IMG/VR virus record: IMGVR_UViG_2588253758_000004
Direction: 5' to 3' (one strand)
Source: a virus
Taxonomy: Duplodnaviria > Caudoviricetes
DNA length: 64,000 nt
The notes beneath the pieces are model-generated. The model made no database searches and had not been told where the DNA came from. It worked only from the letters and a program-made list of their open reading frames with translations. Each line of letters begins with the position of its first letter. Position 1 is the stretch's first letter. Position numbers and translations under genes: made by a program. Positions 54,352 to 64,000 of the stretch are shown here, one piece after another.

Positions 54352-57348
54352 ATGTATCAAATAATTCCACAACAAATATCGCAGTCCAAGCGAAAGGAGG
54401 TCAATGCGAAGATACTCTCAGCCATCGAGAGCGGCAACGGAGCTATCTCTGCCGAAGAGGTTTACAATCAATATACAGGCATCGGAGGTCTGCACGAGTT
54501 GAAGCAGGCGGACTTCTCATCTTACCACGACTTTGCACAGGCGAAACGTGAGGCGGAGATGGGTCAGTTCTTCACACCACACGAAATATGTAGCCAGATG
54601 GTCGAAGCGATTAAACCGCAGCCGAATGAGATGGTGATGGATATGTGTTGTGGAATGGGTAACTTTTTCAACTTCCTGCCAAACCAACACAACGTTTATG
54701 GGTTCGACATTGACCCGGATGCGGTGCGGGTGGCCAAATATCTCTATCCCAATGCAAATATCCAAGTCGCCAACCTCTGTACCCACAACCCAGAAGAGCG
54801 TTTTGACATCGTAATCGGCAACCCACCGTTCAACCTCGACTTTGACGGCATTCAATCCCAGTTTTACTACTGCAACAAGGCGTACTGGATGCTCAAACCA
54901 TCGGGGCTACTGATGATGATTGTGCCGGTGTCGTTCCTGCAAAACGAGTTCTGGCAGCGGCCAAAGGTCAATGCAATGAACCGTGACTTCTCGTTTATCG
55001 GGCAGACCAAACTTGCTGCCGATGCTTTCAAAAGCGTAGGCGTTGAGAAGTTCGAGACCAAAATTATGGTCTTTATGCGGGAGTCGAAAAACATCGAGAT
55101 GAATCCCTACAACGCTGAGGAGTTTGTCTCGATGGAGAAACTAACCACTCGTATTGCCCAAGCTAAGGGAATTACCGAGGAGTCCAAACTACAAATCAGA
55201 CAGGAGACCAAAGAGGAGATTTCAGCCGAAAGCCGAGAGTTTGAATATAAACTCAAAAAATATCTCTACGAAATCAAAACCCACAAGTCACTCGAAAAGC
55301 ATTACGACAAGGCTCTCGCCCTCGTTGCTAAGTTCCGTAACCAGCGACCGCCCGAAGGGTGCACCCTCGATGAGCACAAGGCGTGGGAGAAGCGTAAACT
55401 CACCTACAACAAGGTGCTTGCGGTGCTCAAACGATATATCAAAAATCAGAATGTCGTACACCGCAAAGAGATAGCATTAGTCAAGACGCAAAATGGCTTC
55501 AAGTTGAAGGGCTATGCACCGCATCTATTGGATAAGGTAGCTGTAAAATCCGTATCACTGAACGATATTTTATCCGTTGGGGCGAAGTTGCCACGTCCCG
55601 AAAAGATGACTGCCAAACTCCGACGACAATATGTCGCTGTCGAGCGGTTTATCGAACGCAAACGAAATGAATATAAACTGCAATCGAGAAGTTTTGAGAC
55701 GATGCAGCGTGATGAGGCGTTGGATACTAAGATTCAGTCGCTTACATTCTACAATAAAGATATGCAGGCGTGCAGCTTCACCGAGCTGCAACAGCACGAT
55801 ATGGGGTTGGTGTTTCAGAAACGATACGCTCTTTTGAACTGGCAACAGGGCTCAGGTAAAACGGCAGTAGCATATCATTACGGCAAGCACCGAGAGCCAC
55901 ACACCAAAAACACGGTTATTCTCGCTCCTGCAATCGCCATTCACCTAACGTGGGAGCCATTTCTGCAACGGCACGGCGAGAGATACATCATCGCCAGCAA
56001 GCCCGAGCACCTTGTAAATGTACCCAAAGGAGCATTCATTCTGCTGTCACTGACAATGATTAGCGAATTGGTGGGGCCGCTCAAAGAGTTTATGAAGGTG
56101 CGCTCCAATAAAATATGCCTCTTGTTTGATGAGTCGGACGAAATTACTAACCCCTCAGCCAAACGCACACGGCAATCGCTCAACATATTCCGCAGGGCTA
56201 AATTCAAACTATTGGCAACTGGAACAACCACCCGAAACAATATCGGTGAATTGTACTCGCAATTTGAGCTGCTCTACAACAACTCAGTCAATATGATGTG
56301 CAACGCCTACAACGTCTATTTCCAGAATAAAGATGGAGCGATTGAGAGCAAAACCAATGATCGCTACCGTGAACCGTTCCCTGCTCGTGGTGGTGCGGTG
56401 CTCTTCAAAGCGTGCTTCTGCCCGGGCAAGGCTTCAGTATTTGGTATCGAAAAGCAGAATCAAGACGTTTACAACCAAGAACATTTGGCGGCACTTATCG
56501 AAAAGAGCATCATCACCCGCAAGTTCAAAGAGTTTGCCGGTGAGAAGTACGAGATTATCAACTACACCGTAACGCCCAGCGATGGTGAACGAGCCGTTTA
56601 TCGTACTATCCTCGAAAAGTTTCACGAGATTCTGCACTTCTATTTCAACCCGATTGCCGACAAGAAGAAGGAGTCTCAGTTGAACCTTGTTCGACAAATA
56701 CAACTGCTTATCAAGGCGTGTTCAGTGCCGCATAAGATGAGTGGTTATTTCGGATGTGGCTATCCACAAAAGGCAATCACTATCGAACACAAGCTCAGAT
56801 ACGAACTCAAAGGCAAAGTTGCAATTGGTTGCACCTCGCTTGATGCGGTGGAGCTATATACCGATTTTCTAAGTGAGCGATTCCCAGAACGACCGCTGTT
56901 TGTAGTTAGGGGCAATGTCGATTTCAAGCGTCGCCAAGCGATACTTGATAAGTTCGAGAAGACAGAGAACGGTCTATTAGTATGCACGCAGCAGAGCCTG
57001 AAGAGTTCTGCCAACGTACCGAGTTGCGAGGACATCATTATCGAGTCATTGCAGTGGAACATCCCTCGTATGGAGCAGTTCTACTTCCGCTTTATCAGAT
57101 TGGACTCCATTGGTATGCGTCGAGTTCACTACCTGACCTACGAAGAGTCAATAGAGCAGAACCTAATGGCGTTGGTGCTCACCAAGGAGCGACTCAACGA
57201 ATTTATCAAAAGCGGCGAGGTCAAAGATGAATCCGAAATCTTCGAGGAGTTCGACATCTCACCCGACATCATCGAAACCCTCTTCCGTCGCGAACAGGAC
57301 GAACAAGGAAAATTTCACATTCGATGGGGAGCTCAAAATGTAAGTTAA
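54352..57348 (+). CDS. N6-adenine methyltransferase fused to SF2/SNF2-like helicase (DarB-like)
   Basis: YTGIGGL, GQFFTP, DMCCGMGNF, IGNPPF; QQGSGKT, FDESD, ATGT, EQFYFRFIR. Confidence 0.82.
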   Translation: MYQIIPQQISQSKRKEVNAKILSAIESGNGAISAEEVYNQYTGIGGLHELKQADFSSYHDFAQAKREAEMGQFFTPHEICSQMVEAIKPQPNEMVMDMCCGMGNFFNFLPNQHNVYGFDIDPDAVRVAKYLYPNANIQVANLCTHNPEERFDIVIGNPPFNLDFDGIQSQFYYCNKAYWMLKPSGLLMMIVPVSFLQNEFWQRPKVNAMNRDFSFIGQTKLAADAFKSVGVEKFETKIMVFMRESKNIEMNPYNAEEFVSMEKLTTRIAQAKGITEESKLQIRQETKEEISAESREFEYKLKKYLYEIKTHKSLEKHYDKALALVAKFRNQRPPEGCTLDEHKAWEKRKLTYNKVLAVLKRYIKNQNVVHRKEIALVKTQNGFKLKGYAPHLLDKVAVKSVSLNDILSVGAKLPRPEKMTAKLRRQYVAVERFIERKRNEYKLQSRSFETMQRDEALDTKIQSLTFYNKDMQACSFTELQQHDMGLVFQKRYALLNWQQGSGKTAVAYHYGKHREPHTKNTVILAPAIAIHLTWEPFLQRHGERYIIASKPEHLVNVPKGAFILLSLTMISELVGPLKEFMKVRSNKICLLFDESDEITNPSAKRTRQSLNIFRRAKFKLLATGTTTRNNIGELYSQFELLYNNSVNMMCNAYNVYFQNKDGAIESKTNDRYREPFPARGGAVLFKACFCPGKASVFGIEKQNQDVYNQEHLAALIEKSIITRKFKEFAGEKYEIINYTVTPSDGERAVYRTILEKFHEILHFYFNPIADKKKESQLNLVRQIQLLIKACSVPHKMSGYFGCGYPQKAITIEHKLRYELKGKVAIGCTSLDAVELYTDFLSERFPERPLFVVRGNVDFKRRQAILDKFEKTENGLLVCTQQSLKSSANVPSCEDIIIESLQWNIPRMEQFYFRFIRLDSIGMRRVHYLTYEESIEQNLMALVLTKERLNEFIKSGEVKDESEIFEEFDISPDIIETLFRREQDEQGKFHIRWGAQNVS

Positions 57349-57368
57349 ACAATAAAAAACATACAGAT

Positions 57369-57938
57369 ATGACAATCTATTTAGGACAACAACAATCTGA
57401 CGGGGCGATTCGCTACGTCACCACATCGGAGTACAACAACAGTCGCATCACTTCGATTCTGCGAAATTTTTATGCTCGTGAACCACGAGTGACGGCACTC
57501 ATTGAACTGGGCAACTTAGTTATGATAAGACCCACTCCCTACGGCAAATCAAACGGGTATGGAGATAAGGTTCATTGCTATGCCGAGATTAGGGACGACA
57601 AAAAGGGCAAAGGCTCCCGTCTTCCTCGTTATGGCAGCGAGGCGGAGTTTCTGAAACTCGAAGGGCACCTATTTCTATACAAGGATGGCAAATGGCACTA
57701 CCATTATGCTGATGGGTTCTCTGACATCCTACCCCCAACACTACCTATCGTCTCCAATAAACCGTTGGAGGGGCTGGAGTTCTACTACATAGATGAGAAG
57801 GGTGAAATATCCTACTTCTACGGACGTGACTACAAGGGTTGGGACGATATCGTAGCTAAATCCAACAACGACAAAACTCCAATCTTCGTCTTTCGCAACA
57901 ACAAGCTCATCAGAACTATTAACCATCCTATAAATTAA
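57369..57938 (+). CDS. Hypothetical protein
   Basis: ATG 57369 (MTIYLGQ). Confidence 0.6.
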   Translation: MTIYLGQQQSDGAIRYVTTSEYNNSRITSILRNFYAREPRVTALIELGNLVMIRPTPYGKSNGYGDKVHCYAEIRDDKKGKGSRLPRYGSEAEFLKLEGHLFLYKDGKWHYHYADGFSDILPPTLPIVSNKPLEGLEFYYIDEKGEISYFYGRDYKGWDDIVAKSNNDKTPIFVFRNNKLIRTINHPIN

Positions 57939-57945
57939 TAATACA

Positions 57946-59751
57946 ATGGGAAAAGAGATATACAAAGCGGTAGCCAATCTACCCGAAGAGTTAATCACAC
58001 CCGAAATAGCCGCTGCCGCTATTGAAGAAGGTAAAATAGAACTATTGGACTATCTGCCGCATCGATACCTTACGGGTGAGGTGGTGGTTGGCATTATCGA
58101 AAAGAACGCCGATTCATACAGCTGGCGTGGATTTAACCTATCGAGCCTACCCGAGGATATTCGCACCAAAGAGGTGTGCGAGTTTGCGGTCAAGAAGGAC
58201 GATTCAAACATCGAGGCTGTTCCTGCCACATTGCGGAGTGCCAAAATGTTGGAGAAAATCCTGAATACCACCAAACGAAATATCCGGTATCTGCACCTAT
58301 TTCCCGCTGAGGTGTGGACACTGGAGCTTGCCCTTACCGGAGTGAGAGATGTATATTTGGAAACTATCACTTCCTACGGTCCTCGTGGCGGTTATCACGG
58401 CTCAACGACTAAATCAGACGTTAAGCGGGTGCAGATACTATTGAGCTATATCCCCAACGAGATTAAAACAAAAGAGTTCTATATGAGCTTGTTTGACCTC
58501 AAAATCAAACGAGAGGACATTGGAATTCTCACTCCTGATAGATACAAAACAAAGGAATACTACCTCAAAGTCGCTGCAACCGAGTTCGAGCTTGTGCCGA
58601 AGCAGTTCTATGACTACGATATATTTGCGGTGGCGATTGAAAACAAGAAGATTTCGTTTGACGCACCATCATATCACTCATACTACAACAAGCCAACCAC
58701 TGAACAACAAGCTGTAAAAGAGAGTCACAAACAACTGATGGAGGCTGTGTTTGCCGTAATGGACGATGCAATGGCCGACAAGGTGATAGAAGCAGACCCG
58801 AATAACTTCAAAAGAGTGCCCGAGCAGTTCCAAACTCCTGAGCGTCTCATTGGTGCGATTGAGAAATGCGATCGTAATGTAGTGAAAATTTGCCGTGACA
58901 CTCATCCCGAACTCTTTACGTTGGAGGTGTGTCAGGCATATATCCGCAAAAATTGTGAATTGCCAAAACTGCCGGAAACCATATGGACAGATGACTTTGT
59001 GAAATACTGCGAGCAATATGGGACTTCGCTTGAATGGTTCGAACAGATACCGAAGCATCTACAAACAAAAGAACACGTTGCGAGTATTGTCAAAAGGTCT
59101 CCTTGGGATGTTAGATGTGCTCGTCCGGAACTCATCTCACCCGAGCAGGCTGTTGAACTCTATCGCAGTGATCGTAACTACAAAGCGTATATTCCAAAGC
59201 ACTACCTGCAAGACTTTATGGACGACACAGGTCTTGATGAGAAGTTCTACGGCGGTGAGGTGTCGTTTGCTCAATTGCGAGAGGACAAAAAGCAATACAC
59301 CTATTGCCGATTGGGTACTACCTACATCAGCATTCACGCTGACAGCAGCTATACCACGCCAAACATCATCACGGTAACACGCCGTTCCCCTCGCTCTTTC
59401 CGTCCGGAGGTAGTATTCCGCCAAGAGGTCAGCACATTCCACACAACGTGGCTCGAAAAGATGATCGCCGATTATGACCCTTCATTCGTGAAACCAACGG
59501 TCAGCAAAACGCTTAAACCCTACCAAGCGAATGGTTACTTCTCGCTGAAAAAGGTGGCTTCGGAGTATGGTGCCGACATCTACGCCAACGTGCTATTGGG
59601 TGAGCAGCTCTACTTCTCGGCAATGATTGATGGCGAGGTTATCCGCTACGGCTCATTGGAGAAGGTCAAAGAGGAACTCAAAGAGTTTCACACCGAGAGC
59701 ATCGACATCGGCATTCCGGTCTCAGCGGCAGGGTTGCAGGTCGCAATCTGA
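57946..59751 (+). CDS. Helical-repeat protein (DUF4116-like repeats)
   Basis: Recurring P...T.E....A. units over 601 aa. Confidence 0.6.
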   Translation: MGKEIYKAVANLPEELITPEIAAAAIEEGKIELLDYLPHRYLTGEVVVGIIEKNADSYSWRGFNLSSLPEDIRTKEVCEFAVKKDDSNIEAVPATLRSAKMLEKILNTTKRNIRYLHLFPAEVWTLELALTGVRDVYLETITSYGPRGGYHGSTTKSDVKRVQILLSYIPNEIKTKEFYMSLFDLKIKREDIGILTPDRYKTKEYYLKVAATEFELVPKQFYDYDIFAVAIENKKISFDAPSYHSYYNKPTTEQQAVKESHKQLMEAVFAVMDDAMADKVIEADPNNFKRVPEQFQTPERLIGAIEKCDRNVVKICRDTHPELFTLEVCQAYIRKNCELPKLPETIWTDDFVKYCEQYGTSLEWFEQIPKHLQTKEHVASIVKRSPWDVRCARPELISPEQAVELYRSDRNYKAYIPKHYLQDFMDDTGLDEKFYGGEVSFAQLREDKKQYTYCRLGTTYISIHADSSYTTPNIITVTRRSPRSFRPEVVFRQEVSTFHTTWLEKMIADYDPSFVKPTVSKTLKPYQANGYFSLKKVASEYGADIYANVLLGEQLYFSAMIDGEVIRYGSLEKVKEELKEFHTESIDIGIPVSAAGLQVAI

Positions 59752-59776
59752 ACAGAAAAACAATAATAATCAATTT

Positions 59777-59806
59777 TGGGGTGGAGAGATTCACCCCTTT
59801 CTTTTT
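59777..59806 (+). terminator. Intrinsic terminator
   Basis: GGGGTG/CACCCC + T-rich tail. Confidence 0.6.
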
Positions 59807-59878
59807 CCTATCCCTATTCTATTAATGAACAAATAAGTAAATAATTGCGAGTGCGTCTCGCACCAAATAAGTAAAGCG

Positions 59879-60538
59879 ATGAATATAAATGCGAAAAGAA
59901 TCGAAGAGTTAGGCGGATTAGTAAGCCTGACGATGGAGCTAAATACACCGGATTTTCCCGAAGTTGATGAGAAAGAGATTACAGCCTATCTGTTTGATGG
60001 CTTTGGTATTGCTCAGTGTGAAGGGAGATATTTATTTCTGACATATCCCGGTGTCGGTAACGCAATGCTGGATGAACAGATGCGCCGTACCATCAATCAG
60101 AACCGCTATGGCAATCGCCTGCCCGATGACTTCAAAATAACCGTTGATGACTTGGCAATGTGCTTTGCCGAGGTTGAAGAGATTAACCACGAGGAGTATG
60201 TCAGACAACTGATGAAGGGCATTTTCAGCAACTCGAAATCCCTATTCAAAGGCACCAAAATGACACCTGATAAATTTCGAGAGTACAATCTGAGAATCAT
60301 TATGGCTCCGTGCAAACACCTATTCATCTTCAAGGAACACAATGAGTTTATGAAGGAGTTAGACGGTAAAGTCTATGCCGTAACCGACAAAAACGGCAAT
60401 GTAATCTGCGACATATTGGAGGCAGATATGGTTACTTTCGACGACCAAGACATCATTTCGGATGGTGAAATTGTCTCCCTCGACTCAATCGAATTTGTAC
60501 GCTCGCAGCGTGTAGAAATAATAATATTAAACAGATAG
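59879..60538 (+). CDS. Hypothetical protein
   Basis: 219 aa. Confidence 0.65.
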   Translation: MNINAKRIEELGGLVSLTMELNTPDFPEVDEKEITAYLFDGFGIAQCEGRYLFLTYPGVGNAMLDEQMRRTINQNRYGNRLPDDFKITVDDLAMCFAEVEEINHEEYVRQLMKGIFSNSKSLFKGTKMTPDKFREYNLRIIMAPCKHLFIFKEHNEFMKELDGKVYAVTDKNGNVICDILEADMVTFDDQDIISDGEIVSLDSIEFVRSQRVEIIILNR

Positions 60539-60542
60539 AACC

Positions 60543-61346
60543 ATGAAAAAATTCAATATCGAGGAGCTAAAAAAAGCACCTCAAAGAGCACTAATTATAC
60601 AACACTATCAACCCGAGACTCCAATATTATGGCTCGTTCCCAAGTCCGGAGTTATAGTTGATGACCGAGTAGCTATAAGAATGCCCGAAACCGGTTATGT
60701 TACCGATGATGTGGTTTTGATCGATTCCGGCGGTGAGATTCGAGACTGTGACGGCAATATGGTCGGCACGCTCTATTTTGCTGAGAGCAGTGATAATGCT
60801 CGCGTGTCGATAGAAGAACTGGGTAAAATGGTCGAGCAACTACCCATCGGCGGTGCAATCGACTTTACGTGTGATGAAGATAGCGACCACTGGGGCATTC
60901 AAAAACTCCGTCTGTTTGATGGCGAGATTATCGCTATTGGCAGCTATGGCGGTGGAATGACCACAATGTTGGATCGCCAGTTTTCAAGCGAGGCAGAAGA
61001 GTTATATGCCTTTATAAAAGACTCACTCCACGACCACACCCCAGATTGCGTCTATATGAAAGCCCCGACTCACTACAATCAACCTCATTACAATGAGGAT
61101 ATGACCAAGTGCATTGAGAAGCTCAAAGGCTGCACTAACTACAACGATGCCGACAGAATACTCAAAGAGTTCGGCCTCTCATTATCAATCTATGGACACT
61201 ATGAGTCTCCGGTCGCTTATGCTACCTATGCACTCTCTATGGATAAGGAGGAACCCCGCTACATTACACTCTACTACGAATTCAAGAAAGTTGGGCACGA
61301 TAGCTATGTGGCTGACAAAATAATCAAAATTGAAATAAAGGAATAG
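60543..61346 (+). CDS. Hypothetical protein
   Basis: 267 aa. Confidence 0.65.
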   Translation: MKKFNIEELKKAPQRALIIQHYQPETPILWLVPKSGVIVDDRVAIRMPETGYVTDDVVLIDSGGEIRDCDGNMVGTLYFAESSDNARVSIEELGKMVEQLPIGGAIDFTCDEDSDHWGIQKLRLFDGEIIAIGSYGGGMTTMLDRQFSSEAEELYAFIKDSLHDHTPDCVYMKAPTHYNQPHYNEDMTKCIEKLKGCTNYNDADRILKEFGLSLSIYGHYESPVAYATYALSMDKEEPRYITLYYEFKKVGHDSYVADKIIKIEIKE

Positions 61347-61350
61347 GATT

Positions 61351-61722
61351 ATGAAACATTTGAAAGACCAAATTAAGAGTTTCGACGACCGCATCGTGGC
61401 TCTGAGAAAAGAGATAACCGAGGCGATTATTGACCTGCTTAAAAGTAATAAAATCACAGTAGTTACCTTGGCTGAAGAGCCTGACCACCTCTCTTATGTG
61501 GTATGGTTCGACGATGACGGATGTGGACACGACTGTGTGGTGCAAACCGTAATGCTCGACGGCGATAGCGATTTCGAGATTGAAGCATACAGCGAAAGCG
61601 TGGGTTACACCTTAACACTTTCGAGCAAAGATCACGACTTTTCCTGCACAAATGTGCATTGGCTCAGCGATATTCTCACAAGTATGAACTATACATTAAC
61701 TAAAGAAAAAAATGGCAACTAA
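61351..61722 (+). CDS. Hypothetical acidic protein
   Basis: 123 aa. Confidence 0.65.
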   Translation: MKHLKDQIKSFDDRIVALRKEITEAIIDLLKSNKITVVTLAEEPDHLSYVVWFDDDGCGHDCVVQTVMLDGDSDFEIEAYSESVGYTLTLSSKDHDFSCTNVHWLSDILTSMNYTLTKEKNGN

Positions 61723-61882
61723 AACAGTTTATATCACCGTCCGTCTCGACATTGAGAACGACAAGGTGGAACAAATCACAGACGAAGATGTGCAAGAGCT
61801 TATCGCTGAAACCGATTACAGTTTCGGCAGTATGGGTGACTTCAAGATTACTGACACCGAAATATGCGGCACCAATGACTAA
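61712..61882 (+). CDS. Small acidic protein (56 aa, absent from the ORF track)
   Basis: MATKTVYITVRLDIENDKVEQITDEDVQELIAETDYSFGSMGDFKITDTEICGTND; overlaps both neighbours. Confidence 0.65.
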   Translation: MATKTVYITVRLDIENDKVEQITDEDVQELIAETDYSFGSMGDFKITDTEICGTND

Positions 61883-62123
61883 GGTAGTTTTTCGCAAATT
61901 CAAACAGGGCGGTGATATCATCGCCTTGTTTCCGGAGCAGGTCAATAACCTAATGGTGGGCTCCTATATGCACGTTGGACAACACTCAGATGCTGACTAC
62001 ACGGGAGTAATCGCCGCAACCACTCCAGCCACGGAGAGTGAGTACGCCAACCTTTTGGCTGAGCTGAAAAGTATCGGCTATGATGATTTGCAAGTAATGA
62101 AACGCTGTAAACCTAAATTTTAA
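61875..62123 (+). CDS. Small phage-type hypothetical protein
   Basis: MTKVVFRKF...IIALFP...YMHVGQH...ELKSIGY. Confidence 0.65.
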   Translation: MTKVVFRKFKQGGDIIALFPEQVNNLMVGSYMHVGQHSDADYTGVIAATTPATESEYANLLAELKSIGYDDLQVMKRCKPKF

Positions 62124-62129
62124 TCCCTA

Positions 62130-62534
62130 ATGAAGACAATCATAGTAACCGAAATAAGCGAAGGGATTGCATACTATCCCGAGCTACACAACTGGGTAAA
62201 GAGTTTCGATATCGACCCGGACGATGCCATGTTTGAACCGCTATCTCTGATGGATGGCGACCCGGACAAGCTCAAATGCGGCGACCGAGAGGTTTACTTT
62301 ATGGATATTGATTTGGGCGACGCTAAGTTTATCCTGACCAGCGATGAGGTGAACGACGAGCAGAAAAAGATGCTCACCGAGTTTCACCAAGACGACTACC
62401 AAGAGAGATATACTGTTGGAGAATGCAACTGGGAGACATTCAACAAAGCGACCAATGCTGTTGCTTATCGTGGCGGCAAAGGCTACCTCTATACTATCTG
62501 GCTTTACAATCAAACCAACAAAATAGCAAGCTGA
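62130..62534 (+). CDS. Hypothetical acidic protein
   Basis: 134 aa. Confidence 0.65.
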   Translation: MKTIIVTEISEGIAYYPELHNWVKSFDIDPDDAMFEPLSLMDGDPDKLKCGDREVYFMDIDLGDAKFILTSDEVNDEQKKMLTEFHQDDYQERYTVGECNWETFNKATNAVAYRGGKGYLYTIWLYNQTNKIAS

Positions 62535-62535
62535 T

Positions 62536-62778
62536 ATGCCACGAGAAAAGAAAACCACCGAACAAAAGCCCATTCCGATGGACAAACGCATCAAGCGAGT
62601 GTTGGACGACAGCTGGATTGCACCCGTCTATTTCAATGCCGCCATCACCGAACTACTCAACAAGTTCAACGCAATGAACGATGAGGAGCTCACTAAGTAT
62701 ATGGAGGGACTAATCGCTCCAACAACCGCCCGAGCACACGTCAAAGAGATTTACAACCGACTAAATAATTCAGAATAG
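62536..62778 (+). CDS. Hypothetical protein
   Basis: 80 aa. Confidence 0.6.
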   Translation: MPREKKTTEQKPIPMDKRIKRVLDDSWIAPVYFNAAITELLNKFNAMNDEELTKYMEGLIAPTTARAHVKEIYNRLNNSE

Positions 62779-62862
62779 CTGTTTTCGCTCAATCAGAGAG
62801 CAAAATCTCATAAATAACGCTCAGTCAATGAGCAATTCTTCACTTGATTAAACTTAATAAAT

Positions 62863-63192
62863 ATGTCAATTCCTTGTATTAATAGAGTTATATGCCGTTG
62901 CTACAGCTCGGAAACACTCAGAAAAATCGAACGTTGGCTCGAAAATTTGACCGATAATTTTATTGATTCAGAATTAGCTTCAGACTCCATATCTTTCAAC
63001 CTTGACCACGACTACGGTTTCCCTGCCCAAATGATGACGCAGATGACAGCCCAAATCAATGATGATAAGCTGAATATCTCCGTACTCACTTATGATCACT
63101 CACAGGAATACATTGCTCACCACGAATTCAAACAATGCAAATGGCATTGTTGTTACGAAAATGCGGTGCATCCACTGGTTGAAAGCCTATAA
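62863..63192 (+). CDS. Hypothetical protein
   Basis: 109 aa. Confidence 0.55.
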   Translation: MSIPCINRVICRCYSSETLRKIERWLENLTDNFIDSELASDSISFNLDHDYGFPAQMMTQMTAQINDDKLNISVLTYDHSQEYIAHHEFKQCKWHCCYENAVHPLVESL

Positions 63193-63339
63193 TCTACTCA
63201 ATATGAAGACTAAAATAATCATAATCAAATAATATTCATCAAAAAGCATTATATTTGTTATCGTTTCTTGGAACGAAATTCAATCAATAAATCTCTCAAC
63301 AACAAACAAGTATGCTGCTGATAACTGTAACGATTAAAA

Positions 63340-63777
63340 ATGAAACAAGAATTATCAAAAGAAGAGATTTACCTTCTTGCAAGAATCGAGAAGGTAGATG
63401 CAGCAATTTTACTGCATATTCGGCATTTATTTGACGTTAAGTCTGTGCGTAGCAGGCTCATTCTGTATGAATACAATGAGCAGGCTAAGGACCGCCGGTT
63501 TAAGAAGGTGAATATTAAAAAAGCTCTGATGCAGAAGTATGGTGTTTCAAAGACCTATGTCGAGCAAATAATTTACCACCAGAATGAACCTGCAAAGGGC
63601 AAACAATGCGTCAGATGTGGCAAACTAATTACCACCTACTACTGGAACCGAAACGACGGTATTTGTAACAAGTGTAAAGAAAAAGGAATACTCAAATCGC
63701 TTGAAGATGAACAAGACAGAGATGTTGAGCATAATGAAGGCTCGACGAGGGGAACAGACCCTAATACTATTTCGTAA
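63340..63777 (+). CDS. Putative HTH + Zn-finger protein
   Basis: LMQKYGVSKTYVEQIIY, CVRC...CNKC; TATATTTG at 63250-63257. Confidence 0.55.
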   Translation: MKQELSKEEIYLLARIEKVDAAILLHIRHLFDVKSVRSRLILYEYNEQAKDRRFKKVNIKKALMQKYGVSKTYVEQIIYHQNEPAKGKQCVRCGKLITTYYWNRNDGICNKCKEKGILKSLEDEQDRDVEHNEGSTRGTDPNTIS

Positions 63778-64000
63778 CGGGAATGTGTATGAAGCATACT
63801 ATGCTGATGCCGAAAGGTTAGCCGTTCTATCGGGGGCAAAGAGCACTATTGTTGATGAGGTTCCTACGTTTTATGTAGCCTTTGAAGATATCTCTGTGCT
63901 GATGGATAGGCTATCAAAAGCTGACGTAGCGGTGTGCATCTCTGAAATGCAAGATAGCGATGGCAACTTTGTTCCAACAATAAATTATGAAGAAGAATAG
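63707..64000 (+). CDS. Stand-alone MutS N-terminal (MutS-I)-like domain
   Basis: LILFRNGNVYEAYYADA..LA...L.....VAVCISE. Confidence 0.65.
   Translation: MNKTEMLSIMKARRGEQTLILFRNGNVYEAYYADAERLAVLSGAKSTIVDEVPTFYVAFEDISVLMDRLSKADVAVCISEMQDSDGNFVPTINYEEE

Larger units (their letters stand above)
1..64000. mobile_element. Large Bacteroidota myovirus-like phage/prophage (partial; boundaries outside the window)
   Basis: Continuous set of capsid, protease, portal, sheath, tube, tape measure, baseplate and fibre genes plus antirepressors and early-type genes; no housekeeping genes. Confidence 0.93.

Noticed and set aside
59792-59820. CTATTCT at 59814, 47551 and 53472 as further late promoters
   Set aside because: Upstream box is CACC, CCCA, or AAAC at 17 nt inside a gene; too degenerate to count, though 59814 remains possible
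1-64000. CRISPR array, tRNA or rRNA genes
   Set aside because: No regularly spaced repeat-spacer array or recognisable structural RNA gene seen by eye

Overview
The whole window looks like part of one large tailed phage or prophage of a Bacteroidota host, with a contractile (myovirus-type) tail and Mu-like head genes. Host assignment rests on TAnnTTTG promoters and AT-rich leaders without Shine-Dalgarno sites. No host genes, att sites, terminase or sigma factor are visible. Layout: (i) 1-36 kb, minus-strand structural genes, interrupted by three plus-strand cargo cassettes: a type I R-M locus with an invertible hsdS and a tyrosine recombinase, a Panacea-type toxin-antitoxin pair, and an AAA+ ATPase; (ii) 36-40 kb, a KilA-N/antirepressor cluster; (iii) 40.5-43.9 kb, a divergent portal/head operon; (iv) 44-64 kb, an early-like region of small acidic and polyvalent-type proteins, including LPD29, a DarB-like methylase-helicase and a MutS-I domain. 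The main signal missing from the ORF track is a strictly spaced motif, AAAC-N18-CTA(T/A)TCT, with 10 exact and 2 one-mismatch copies found by eye. It sits in front of structural genes and is probably a phage-specific late promoter. It reveals a nested scaffold gene, a candidate sRNA and a candidate attenuator. Also seen: a -1 frameshift tail chaperone, a 585-bp hsdS inverted repeat and a candidate genome-end region. All protein family calls are from motif recognition by eye, not database searches.
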